Assembly (NCBI GenBank): GCA_900088475.1
Contig: FLMG01000284.1
Coordinates: 1-64,000, forward strand
DNA length: 64,000 nucleotides
Source of the DNA: Hyphochytrium catenoides
Lineage: Eukaryota > Protista > Hyphochytriomycota
Reading direction: 5' to 3'
Every line of letters begins with the position of its first letter. The stretch's first letter is position 1. The notes under the pieces were generated by a model. That model saw only the letters and a list, made by a program, of their open reading frames with translations. It was not told the DNA's origin and searched no databases. The position numbers and the translations under genes were made by a program. Positions 24,327 through 36,900 of this stretch are shown one piece after another.

Positions 24327-26411
24327 TTCTAAGTCACTGGGACGCTTGCTGCTTAGGATAATTCTAGTGCTAGAGCCTAATTTATTTACAATGTCCGTGT
24401 TGCGTGGAGTGAGCAAGCAGATCAGGAAGGGGTCACTGAGCCCTTATTCCAGAGACAACCTGCAACAAGGGATTTTGCCAGAGCGACAACATCACCTGTC
24501 CTTACTCTATAGATTGACTACATTTTTGTACATGCTAGGCTTACGTAAGCTCTCCCTATCATCTTAATTTGTTATTGTCCCAATAGCGTATCTTCTCGTG
24601 CATCCAGAAGTGTCTTGACAATGGCTGGGTTTGCCTTCCACCGACCGTTAGTTCTTAGTGTAGGAAATTCCCTGTCGTCGTGCGACAGAAGCAGGGGAAC
24701 GCGCAACTAGGAACCCTCCCTCAGCACCTTCGCGGCAAAGCACCGCCCCAACTTTCGCCACCGCTTGCATCCTTGTCTCTCAACTTGCTGGTTCTCCCGG
24801 TGGCGCCTAGATCTATTTTCTCCCTATCAGTAGTGGCCACTCCACCTTTTAACTCTAGGCCAACAAGAGCCTTCCTCTACATTAAGAGCTTTCGTCTTTG
24901 TACATAGTGTTAGGTAGTCCTTGGAGGTAAGAGGCATAGTTGGCGAAAGGATGTCGGTTCGCATCCTCTGGAAGACAGAGGGTAAGATCATTCTTGATAG
25001 GCAGTTTTCCTTTCTTTCTCTCCATCTTGTCGAGCTCTCTGATAAAGGGCAGGTGCTGAGCAGTATAATGAAGACCGTAAGAAGTGTTCGCTGCGCTTCG
25101 GATCTCCTGATAATTGATTGTTTGCCATGGTATCTCATTCTTGATGCCGTGCGGGACTTCGTGAACATGAGCTCCTCGCCATCTTTGTCTGCAAGTAGAG
25201 GTAACGTTTAGCATACGAGGACATATGATTCGAAAGTCGAAGCACCGTCAGCTAATAAACGGCAAGTAAGACTATCAGTAGAACGGACGCTGGCCAGCTA
25301 GTGCCTAAGTCTTACTACAGCACCTTAGAACGTTACAGTCACCCTGCCTATTCCCAGACACCACGGCCTTGATGAAATCATCTAGAAGGTAGTCCTCAGG
25401 TTCCTTGGGACGTAATAGAGGCAGGTGAGAAAGCAGGTCTCAGCAATCATGCTGTGGAAGCCACATCAGCACGCCGACTCACCTGGAGCTTGCCTATGAG
25501 GGAAAAGTTACCTAATGGCCTACTTCCGTGTTTTAGATCTCTTGATGGATCCGGTTGTGCCATTATTTAGATGCCACAGTCACAGGGAATGACGAGAGCC
25601 ATCCACAAATTCGGCTTAACAATCTAGAGTGAAGAGAGCCAGCTTTGGCAAGCCGTCAGTGGTACCAGCGCTTGCTGACAGCGCAACGAAGCTAGGTACA
25701 AGTCACTGATGCATCCCAGGTGTCAGCTAGTCTGTATAGAGCCGATCGATATGACCGCGACAGCTACACTCGGCTCGGTCCAAGCATCTTCTGGCAACGA
25801 TCAGAACAGCGGAACAGCGCTCCGTTCTCTGTCTCAAGATCTGTAACACCTCCATCTCTCAACCAAGCGAATATTCCCTAAAACTATCTGTTTATTTCTC
25901 CGAAGGGAAAAGTAACAGTGAATAAGGCCTTAGCTGCAACATTTCCCACAGAATTGAAACCTACGATTACTTTTCCATGGCGGTCAAAGGCTCAACCGAC
26001 ACAGTCACAGGGAAGGATGATGATGGCAAGGCAGCGAAGAGAAGCGGAGGACTTCGGCCAGCGAAGGTGAGGCAACCAGCGAAGCAAAGGCGATCAACTG
26101 ATGGCGGCGGCAGCTGAGTGGACATGGGACAGGATTGAGGCCAAGAGTTGAGAGAGAGAGAAAGAAAGAGCAAGCGAGGAAGACAATGAGGCGTAGACAC
26201 ATAGTAAGGGCTGACTGATGTAGAAGCCATCATGGAACATGTAGGTCCATGGGATAGTCCTCGAAAGGAGCCAGGATCAAGTCGAGGGTCTCCTGAGAGA
26301 AATAATAGTCTGTGGCTATCTTTCTCTCGCCGTGCTCTTGCTATGGAGTTAATGGGAGCTAACTCATCTTGAGGCGGGACGCGACGCATATCCCATTATT
26401 GCTCATTGAAA

Positions 26412-29400
26412 ATGGCCAGTGAGAAGCACTATGAGCTGGTCACAGAGACCTCAGACTTTGACGGGACATCAGGTTCTCTTCTGGCCTCTGGGCATCCCGA
26501 TCTTTTACCTCCTTAACCCTAGCATTGGCTCTTCCTCGTGCCTCAGGCCCCATCAGCAAAACGACTGTGGAAAACATTGGCCTTGAACTGCACCTTGTAC
26601 CTGGAAAGGACGGCATTGGGGCGATCATCATTGGGTTCATTGACATGTATAAAGGTCAGAAGTAGGGGAGAAAGGGAGAGGAAGTAACCACTAGCGGAAA
26701 GCAAGCAACGACGTGGTATGCGCACTAGTTAAAAAGAGTAACGCGGCCTACCGACGACAATGAGGCTGCACGGGCTGGACCTTATGGAAAGAGATAGAGT
26801 CTTGGAAAGACCGATGAGTCTATGGGCCAGACACCTGACCATTTTCCTCTCTCTTTGTAGAGGTAAAACGCAAACAAGAAGAGATCAAGAGGGCCACAGC
26901 CTACAGGGAGCAGCAGCAGAGAGCGCTTGAGCTTGCTGAGGAAGAGAGAAAGAAAGCTGCCCTTGACTTGGAACCTCTTGCGGCGGAAATGAAGAACGAT
27001 GCATCTCTACACTTCTCAGATTTTGAGCCCTACCTTGCATTTCTCGTCAAAGAAGTGAAGAAAAAAGAGGATGAGAAGAAGCTCCGGGACACTAAGGCGC
27101 TGGAGAAGGAGGTAAGAGACGAGTTGAACGAAAACGACACTTTATGTATCTGCTTCTTACTCTCTCTGCGCGTCCAGTTCCATCGCAAGCGAGAGAAGAA
27201 GAGAATATTAGATGAGAAGACAAAGATTTTGGGAACGAAGGCTGAGCAGTGTCGCAGGGCGAAGCATGATTTAGATGTAGCGATAAACATGGTCAACTTT
27301 GCCGTTCTGGAAGCCGCTCGGGCCAAGGAAGAGATCACGCTAGACCACAAAGAGGCGCGCAGACAAGGTCCATACCGTGCTATGCTTCTATATATATCTC
27401 TATCGCTAGCCTAGATATCTGTCTCTCTCTCTTTCTTACATTGTATTTCACTCTCCCTCACAGGTTCTGTATCCCTCTGTCTTCTATCTATCTGCCTGTC
27501 TTTGCCTAACCTAGTGCTAGCCATTCCGCACCTAATAAGATTACTTTTGCTTACGCAAATGGTGCTGACATCCGCACTACCTCTGTCTCGTCTAAAGTAT
27601 TTCTGTCTCCACCCTCATTAGGTCTCTCCCTAGGGGACTATCACCCCATGATCCACATAGGGGACGTCATACTCTCTGTGAATGCAAAGAACTGCTGGCA
27701 GCAGCGATTTGAGGATATCCTCGCCCTTATTCAGAGTTCTGAGCCACCTCACACAGTCACATGCGTCCACTACTGCTACGTAAGAACATCAGAAGGGGTC
27801 TGGGTAGACGAGAAGACTGCCAGTGCTCAGGTAAGAAAGTACTAGGTGTCATCCTCTTAGGAATCGCCGCCTGAACATGGGGAAAGGAGTCCATCGTACG
27901 CCTCTCTTCTCTTCGTCTTTAGCCGTGGTCTTCTCTTCGTCTTTAGCCGTGGGCAGGAGGAAAATAGAGTTTTAGGGTTAGATGGTCCCTGATGGGCCCT
28001 TTCTCCATGTTCTGTGTGTTCATTATTTGTAACCTTGCGATCTATCAGGGCTTATATGTTGCACATGGAGAGCGGCGAGCTAATCAGCTGGCAGACGCAG
28101 CGATCAGCAATGAGGCGGATCTCTTAGGTCGGCTGTTGGACGAACGACTGGCTCCAGGAGCAACCGACATAACGGTAGCTGCTCACTAGATGGCATGTCT
28201 GTTTCCAAAGGCAATGTCGTTACCGTTCCTTCACAGCTGTTGCGGCCTGATACCTATCCAATCCGAGATACTTTTTGTCATTCAGAGGTTTGCGATGCGG
28301 TCTTCGTCTCTTCATTATTAGCTCTTTTGTGCACTTTGTCGACTTGAGGACGTGTCATCACGGGCTTTATTGACTTTTCTGTATAGGGAAAGACAGCCCT
28401 CATGTACGCAGCTGCTGCCGATAGTGATGCAGCTCTTTCTATACTGGCGCAGAATCGCGTTGACGTCAATGACAAGGACATCGACGTCAGTAAATACTGC
28501 TCTTTCAAACTCTCTGGGATTCAGCGGGTCTTTCTCAATAAGTACTTGCGAGTTAATGCTTTATATAGAACGCCTAGTATAGTGCCTCTGAAACATGTAA
28601 CGTTTAGGGAAGGACAGCACTAGCCCAAGCCGTCTACCATGGGAATCTTAAGGCGACCAAGGCGTTAGTAGCTAAAGGTGCAGACCTCAAGGCGGTAGAC
28701 AGGACGGTAGGTAGAGACGTAGATAGAACGCCAATATTCCGCACTGCTCTCTTAATTCTGCTCTCCATAAGGGAAAGAACATGCTCCATTTGGCATCCTA
28801 CTGCGGCCATCTGCAGATTGTAGAGTACCTCCTTAGGCATGGCCTGGATATTAACGCTCAAGACCGCCAGTGGGTGAGCTTTGCGATGTTTTTGCTCATT
28901 GTTTCTCTACACAGTGATCTTGCTTTGTAGAATCATAGTAAGCCGCTTGACTTTCATTCTTGCTTCTAGGGCTGGACGCCGCTTATGTTCGCAGCCACTG
29001 CCGCATCCAAGCCCACCCTTTCACTGCTGTTGCAAGCTGGAGCGGACGTGTTCTTCAGGAGCAAGGTATAGGAAGGGATAGACTGGGTGCCGACTGCGAG
29101 CAGAGTAGTTTGTTCTTTTTGGCTAATGTAATGGTCCTCATTCGTTTACATGGTATCAAGACCGTTGCTTCTTGAGCCGTAGTCTACTGCTTACTTGCTC
29201 TGTCTCCCGTTCTCTAAGTTCGTCGACTTGCCGTAGTCAGGAAAGACAGCACTGGATGTCGCTGCGGAGTGCCGCAATGACCTGACTACCCAGGAGCTGG
29301 AGCGCTGGATTGCCCAGCTTCCAGCACAAAAAGTCGGAACTTTCAAGTCAGGCGGAGAGCTCTGGGTAAGTTAGAAGAAGGGTGGAAACGCAATTCAGCC

Positions 29401-30583
29401 TTCGAATACGTCTCTGAGACGAGAGAGACTCGTAAAGAACAGGAGAGGGATACTTTTTGACTACTAGCCACTAGAAGAGCGAGCAGCCCCTATAGCCGGG
29501 TCTTTGTCAGTAGGCGGACCATTCGATAGTGCGGGGTCAAGTGCAGATGAGCTAGAGGTGGAAGAGAAAGCTTGAACTCAGAACGAAGGGGCACGAGAAG
29601 ACAATTGAACGCAACGCACGGCCCCCACTCACAATTGTACGTCTTTCATTTGTCATTTGCGCTGTTGATGGGTCTCTAGCTAGGAAATCTATCCGCTGCA
29701 TCTAAGAAGTGGGTGCAGAGTCGGGGGTACAGTGCAGTAGTAAGCCTCTGCACTCCTTCAGACAAGAGCAATTTCACATCCCTCTGGCTCAAGGATAACA
29801 ATGAAGACATAGGTACTTCACTCTCGCCGTGTCCTGCCAAATGATTTGTCCGTCAAGGAAGAGATTTGACAATCCTGTGTGTCCCTCTAGAGCATCTGAT
29901 AGCAGTTATCGAGCCACCATCAGGAGACAAACAAGCCGTTGAGGCACATGACAATCAGCAAGAGCAGATCTTGTGGGAGGGCCTCAGAGAGCAGCTGTTA
30001 GGTAATACGTTGGCTACTATCTCTATCACTCTCTTCCTGGCTTCACTGACTACGGCCGCCCATTCCCGCTGGCAGTCACTTCCCGGTCTATAGAGCAGCA
30101 CATTGAGGCGTCCGAGAGCGTTTTGGTTCACTGTTCGGACGGGCGTTCTCTTTCTGCACCTGCTGCGATCTACTATCTGATGGTCAAGAAGAAGATTGGT
30201 GCTGATCAGGCCACTCGGCTGGTTGAAAAGGTCCCTTCTATGTCCTTCGAAGCGCCCCTCAGAACCTCTTGCGCTGCGCTTTTCCTTAGAGCTCCGTTTG
30301 CAGTTTAATGTGCTTCAACTCTCTAGAACGACGGGTCTATTGACGGATAGACGTGTTAAACAGCCTTCCCTGTAGCATCTAACTTTTCATTGTCGTCGTG
30401 CTTTTTCTGATTCTACTGACGCATTACTGGTCGGTTTTATCCATAAAGGCTCGACATGGGCTCTCACTTGAGCCTTGGATCATACAGCGTTTGAACGAGC
30501 TGGAGGATGAAATCAACAAGCTTCGGCGTGACCGCATTCAACGGAAGTTGCACAGTTCCACCATTGTCTCCTTAGGCTTCTGA
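26412..30583 (+). CDS. PDZ (interrupted by coiled coil) - ankyrin repeats - dual-specificity-phosphatase-like (probable pseudophosphatase) protein
   Basis: ATG 26412. PDZ halves [21 protein letters not shown] and [30 protein letters not shown] flank ~147 aa of coiled coil. About 5-6 ankyrin repeats ([44 protein letters not shown]). DSP fold [11 protein letters not shown]...GYSAVVSL...[21 protein letters not shown]...AR. TGA 30583. Confidence 0.85.
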
Positions 30584-30900
30584 CCTGGGTAAGGCCTTGG
30601 TATAAACTCATATTGTAACCTTTGTTTGACAGGCGCTCGCCATGTCTTTACTCTTTTAATCTAAGGCACCTGGCGACACAGAAGTCAATCTTCTGCTCGC
30701 ACTCAGCAGTCCCAAAAATCGCTAGGACAGCTCTACCACTATGGTACAGCTCGGAATGCCATCAAACGTACCCAGAGCAGAAGCTCTTCTCAGCAGAGTG
30801 AGGAGCAGGTAGAAGCGGGGGTCTTTGGCCAACGTGATAGCGCCCTCTTTTAGACGCTCCTTCTTCGCCAGCCCAGCTATTGCACCGGCTCCTCCCCCAA

Positions 30901-33900
30901 ATGGCTGCAGTTTACTCGCCGCTGCTCGCAGCTCTGCAACGCGCTAGGGCAAATCTCTGTCTGGGCTGGGCCTGTGGCTCCATCTGTCATCACTTTCTGG
31001 AGGCTCCACTGCTTCTGAAGTTGAAGCTGCGATCAAAACCTCCACAACCCCAACAGGTTCTTAGGTCAGATACCCCTCTACCTCTAGGGTGCAAACCTCT
31101 TAATCCTATGATAAATGCTATTAAGATTTTGGTAACGCAACCCCGCCCCCATATGGTGACCGACACTGCCCCTTATGCAAAAGAGATGCCTGGGGGGTGC
31201 CTGGAGGCTAGATCCGAAGCCCTTGACCTTCACTCGGCGAGTGCTGTGAGGACAATGCCTCCTCCTCCTTCCCGTTGTCGGACAGGTGGCGACCGATGAG
31301 CTGCAGGACAGCAGGACCTTCAGGAGCTGCACTCATCCTTGGTCGCCTTGAGAGGCTCCCCTGCACCTTCAGAGACTTCGGGCTGGTGCTGTCTCCACTT
31401 ACTGTTTGACTTGTGTCGGTCACGGACACACGAACTGGTGTTGCCCAGAGAAGACTCTGGGTCTTGATACGGACGGATGCAGTTAGGTGGACAAGAGTTG
31501 TCTAGTTTGAGCAGAAGATAGACAAGTCGCGCTATTCCGTCTTGGGATAGGGCTTTAAGGAGTCATGGACCACGTACCAACTGTATCTGGAGAGGAGCAT
31601 TCTTCCTCCTCTTTCCATGACGAGGCCGTTATCGCAATGGACCCAGTGACGATCACAGGCCTAGCCCATGCTGAAAGCCCACATGTAACCGAGGATGACA
31701 TGAAGCTTCTGCTAGAGCTGGCTTGCAGCAGAGTGCCTCGCTTTGACATTCCGGAAGAAATGCGGCAACGGGTGCACTACCTGGTTTCTCAGTGCATCCA
31801 GGGCAAAATTAAGTTCGTAAGTTTCTTCTGAACCAGATCCAGTGATGCCAGAGCGGTGTTTGTTACCCTCGGCCTCGATCCGTCTCCATTCCAGCTGCTC
31901 AGGGCTGTCGCTTTTTTCATACCGTTCGTTCAGTAGCCTTGGTGGTCGGCCCCTTGGTTGTTTATTATGCTGCTCTGTTCTGACGCCTATCCATCCCTCC
32001 TACCGCCTGGTCTTCAGGAACCTCGGCTCACCTTCCGCCTTATAAAGATCTACAAAGTAGACCTGAATGGCATGATGGAGGATGTGATTGCCTACATCCG
32101 CACACAGTTGGAAGCTGGGGCAGTGAACGTTGCCTTGGCTCTTATCGAGTACTATAACTTGAGGAAGGTCTTTCCTCCTGCCTCTCTCCTGCCTCTCGTG
32201 CTCTATCAAAAAGAAGGCAACATGACAGAGCAATTGATCACTGTGAGCAGGAAGGGAGCGGGTGAGTGCAAGTGCAGATATCCAAGAAGAGAGGAACATC
32301 GCTAGCGTAGGAGCTACGTCATTGCTGGCTTCTCTCTATCTATGCTCTCTTTGAAGTTGCCACTGCGTGAATATGCTCTCTTTCCATCCTTCGTACGGTG
32401 CATTTAGCCCTCAGGGGAGGCTTGGATCAAAACATCCCTAGTCACTGCCGTGCGCTCATTGTCTCATACATCCCATAGAGGAGTCTGGTACCATTGAGGA
32501 CAAAGAGGAGCATCTCGCGCTTGTCCGACAAGTCATCGAGGAGGCTCTCCAAAACGGGAAGTTCAAGCTGGTCAGAATTGCTCTCTATCTTTGAGGTCTT
32601 CTCAACTGAGTGCTCCACGACCAATGGAGGCGTCTCCAATCCCTGAGCCCATCACCATTTTCCAGAGCAACTGACCTGTGAGATCTCTAGGCTGTTAAAC
32701 TTGTCCGAACCTATGGCCTGCATGAGGAATATCCTAACACAGGTAATGGGGACACAGGGTAAAGGCTGATAGGGCAGTTCAGAGAAGGAGGTGCGAATTT
32801 TTCTCCCTGGCCAGAGGCTAGAACTTTTGAGGTAGTCAAAGGCAGAACTGACTTCCTTTCCAGAGACTTGGTTCAAGGAAGGGACTTTAAAGAAGCTCTG
32901 CAGGACTAGAAAATGGGGTGTGGCGGTCTCCTTTGTCGGTGGTGACCGCCGGCTTCAGGTAGTGTGGACTCTTGAAGTTTGATTCTCTCAAGTCTTACGG
33001 CTCCCAGCCTAATGATTGCATCTCCCTGCTCAGCTCGCCCTGGTGCAGCAGCTCTTATGGGCAGGAGAATACAAACAGGCAATGGCTTTAAGAGCGAGGT
33101 CCGGCAGCTTCGTGCTACCTAACGATACGCCGATACTGGCCTTCTGATCAATACATTTCATTTGGTGGACTGGCTCCTTCTTCACTAATATACTTCCGAA
33201 CCTCTCATTCTCCTGCGAACCCGTCTCTCAGATTCTCTCTAGAGGACGACGTAGAAGCTGTCGATGACAACGTATTGGAGCAGCAGGTAGGCCCGATTTC
33301 TTCAAATTATACGGGCATTGTCTCACTATGTAATCCATTTAGATGTGCTCTTCTTGCAAATCTGCTGTCACTGATGATCCTTGCGGGTCATAAGCGCCTT
33401 GCTACTCTTAGGAAATCCTTTATATGTCAGTTTATTTTCTGATGGCGCCTTCTGCTGTATCGCCTTGTCACCTTTAGCACTTCCCCATGTACCAACAGGA
33501 ACTGAGGTTAAAGATGAGATATTTAGACATTACGAGCCTGCACGGAAGTCCGATGCTGTTCGTAGACAGCAAGTCAAGTCTGGATAAGGCTAAAGCTGTG
33601 TTTCAAGCGCTTGTTCAGGGTAAGGGTGGTCTTAGACCTCTTGAATCTAGAAAGCGCGAAAGAAAGAAGGGCAGGGTACGAAGCGAATTAAAGACTTAGA
33701 AGTTCAACAGTGTACACGCGTCGAAGTGTTCATCATCCAGAGCTCGATGTATGAGGAAAAAGAAAGGGACGTAAACAATAGAACAGAGAATCATCAACTC
33801 TAGTCCTTCCTTTGACAAACTTCCTTTCAGACTCTCATAGCAAACATGAAGCAAAGCTGAAAGCGCGGAACGAAAACCTTGAAGCGTCAGGAGGTCTTCT

Positions 33901-36900
33901 CGCGATACCCACCATTGGCTTAGATGTTGAGTGGAAGCCCAACCTTTACGCTGACAGAAAGCAGCCAAAAGCAAGCCTTCTCCAGATAGCCACAAGAAGT
34001 CAAGCGGTCATTTTTGATCTGCTTGCGCTCATGGAAAGTGATAGCTTGAAGGTAGAGAGCTGTTATTAGACTCCCAGATTTACCAGAGCTGCTGTCTATG
34101 CGCCCTGCACGTTCTGGAAGTCTATTATTTGCTAGCTGAAGTAAGAAGGGACACGTGATTGTAGTTAACACTGACTTCTATGACTGTCGCCATTGCTGCT
34201 CTCATCTGGGCTGCTATATCTACCAGGAGGAGACAGGGGCGCTGTTCAGTTCGCTATTGATGTCTCCCGATGTTATAAAATTAGGGTTCGGTTTCCCGCA
34301 TGATCTTAAAGGTGCCTGATGCTTCCTGCGTGGTACTTTTCTAGCTTGCGCCCTCTTTTATCCGTCTCCATTCTAGAGTGATCTTTGGTCCATACCTTTC
34401 AGCAAGTCTAATCTTCGGAGTAGTCCTTCGCAGCTCCTATCCTGGCTCCCATTGCTTCTCTGAGATGCATAGTCTGCTCGAGGTAGGCCAGAAGATTTGC
34501 GTATAAGAGAAAGAGAAATGCGAGACAGAAGGAGAGCATCTGTGTATACATCTCATTGGAGGAGGTCATTGGCCTAAAAGTACCTGATAGAGAGAACACG
34601 GAGTTTTTTGCAGAAGTAAACCTTGTCTTCGTGGCGCAGGTGAAGCGCCTAGCAGAAGTATTCTATGGCACTTCTAAGGTCACTAGTCTAACAAAACTGT
34701 GTGAGACAGTGCTGGGGAAGCCATTGAACAAGGTAAGTTTGTTCTGGGGAACAGAATCGCCCTTAAAGATGGTGGCCAAAGGAGGGAGAGGACTTAAGCA
34801 CGTTCATTCTTAGATCTCATGTCTTTTTGTCTATCTGCTACCATAGGAGGAGCAAATGTCCAACTGGGAGCAGCGGCCCTTGTCAGATTCTCAACTGAGG
34901 TATGAAGAGTGTGCGTAAATAAGTTCGTCACGGCTTTTGCTATCTGTCTGTCTAGGCGCACAAGGAGAATATTCAAATTCTGAGATTAGTGATTAGTTCG
35001 CGAGACTCTTGGACCTGACAAACACTGTGTTTGCTGGCTGTCCCAGATATGCCGCTCTCGATGCCCTCTGTCTCCCTCATATCTTCGATAGACTGCTAGA
35101 GCTAGGAACTGCGAAGTGGACTCACTATCTCCAGTCGATCAGCGTTCACCCTGTAGACTTACCCGAACGTAGGTTTCCTTGGCCCCTAAGAATCTATTTT
35201 CCACTGTTCCTAAAGCATATGTTGTTCCTAGAAGTGATGTTCATTAGTCGGGTCAGTGCTGGAACTCTACGTTTCATTATCTTCCCCCATGTTATATGAA
35301 GGACTGACCATCAATTTCCTGGATATTGACTCTATCTTCCTTGATTCAGCACCAGTAACGTCACCGGTAGGCTCCATATAAGATCAGAGGCTCTCTTTGA
35401 GCTTCTTTTACCCGGGTTTCCGATGTTTTCGAGAGAGTATAGCCATCGGTCTCATGCCCTTGTCTCCTATCACCTTCACGTCAATTCGCTAGCTGTCCAG
35501 TGAAGATGTTGCGGCAGCTATTCGCACGTCAGCGGTTCCTCATATTGCGTTAATAGAGTATGTGGAGGAAGGAGAACAAGTTGATAAGAGCAATCTGGCC
35601 AGAACTCCCTCCATGCTGTGCAAGACGATTGCACTGATAGCAGCAGGTTTCGTCCTTCCCCTTTTCTCAGCTCTCCTATAGCTCGTCTACCCTTACCTTC
35701 ACGCAGCTCCCCAAAACAGTTGGCATTTTTGACCAGTCACACTCCTCTAGGTGAGCCACTAGTGGCAGTCGTTCCAGCAGAAGAGGTTATTGACCTCATC
35801 CGGATTGCTCAGCTCACGGAGGCGTCTCGAAAGAAAGTACGCCTGGCTCACTCCAGAGAGTGCTTTGAGGTCAGCTGCAAGAACTCCTTTCTATTGGCTC
35901 AGTTTGCTCTTCTAATTTTCCATTCGCTTTCGCTTTTCTATGGCTTCAGTTGGATTTACCCGCATACCTTGCCTTCTAAGCTTGAAACTTACTGCCCCTT
36001 TTCAACCTCTTTGTAAAACTGCGCAGATCTTTGGCTACTACCCGGGCTCCATGCCGCCAGTCGGACATCGGATGAAATATCTTACCTTTGTGGATAGGTA
36101 GGCACTAATAAAATTGAGCTTTCACAGAAATTCGTGTTAAACGCGTTGGGGTTGTCCGCAAGGTTCATGCAATTTTAGAATCTTCTCTTATAGAGTAATA
36201 TCTTTGTTCTCAGAGCCTGTTGGTTGACTGTCTCTCCTTTAGTCAGCTGGCAGATGCACCAGAGCTTCTGACAGGAGGAGGCACACCACAGACGTTGCTT
36301 CGCACTTCAGGGCGAGAACTAGTACTTTTATGCCAGGCAGAGGTTCACAGTATCACCAAGAGACAAAACGAAAGTTCGGAGGAGAAGCAGGCTCTGTCTA
36401 ATCACGCCTGGGAAGAGGCAGGTAAGGACAGACGCAACGGGTCTTTTGTGACGAAAGGAAACAACCTAGTGAGAGAATGTTCCAGGCGAAGAATTTCCTC
36501 TATAGGTAGCAAGGACTCTATTGCTGCTATCTTCTCTAAGATCACGATGTCCAGATAGCACTCTCGTTGGGAATAATTGAAGCAAAGCTTCCGCCCACTT
36601 CATCTTTCTAAGATCCACCCTTCAGGTGCTCCAGGAGAGTTGCGCTTTCTGGCGGACGATATGATGGGCAGACTCTGCCGCTGGCTGCGAGTCATGGGTG
36701 TCGATGTGGTTCTCTGGAAACAGGGAGAGACCCAGGATAGAGCAGACATTTTAAGGCTGGTGAGTGCAGGGTAGAACTCGACGGATATCATTATAACTAG
36801 AGGAACAACTCATTGGAGGACAGCTAAGCTCGAGAGTGTGAAGAGACGAAAGGCCACAAGTATAGAAGAGCTGTGGAGGTGGATGCTAAAGGTTAAAACT

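Noticed and set aside
24827-25214. Three overlapping 96-113 aa ORFs, one containing DLLIID (Walker B-like)
   Set aside because: No Walker A, no supported splice model, no recognisable family.
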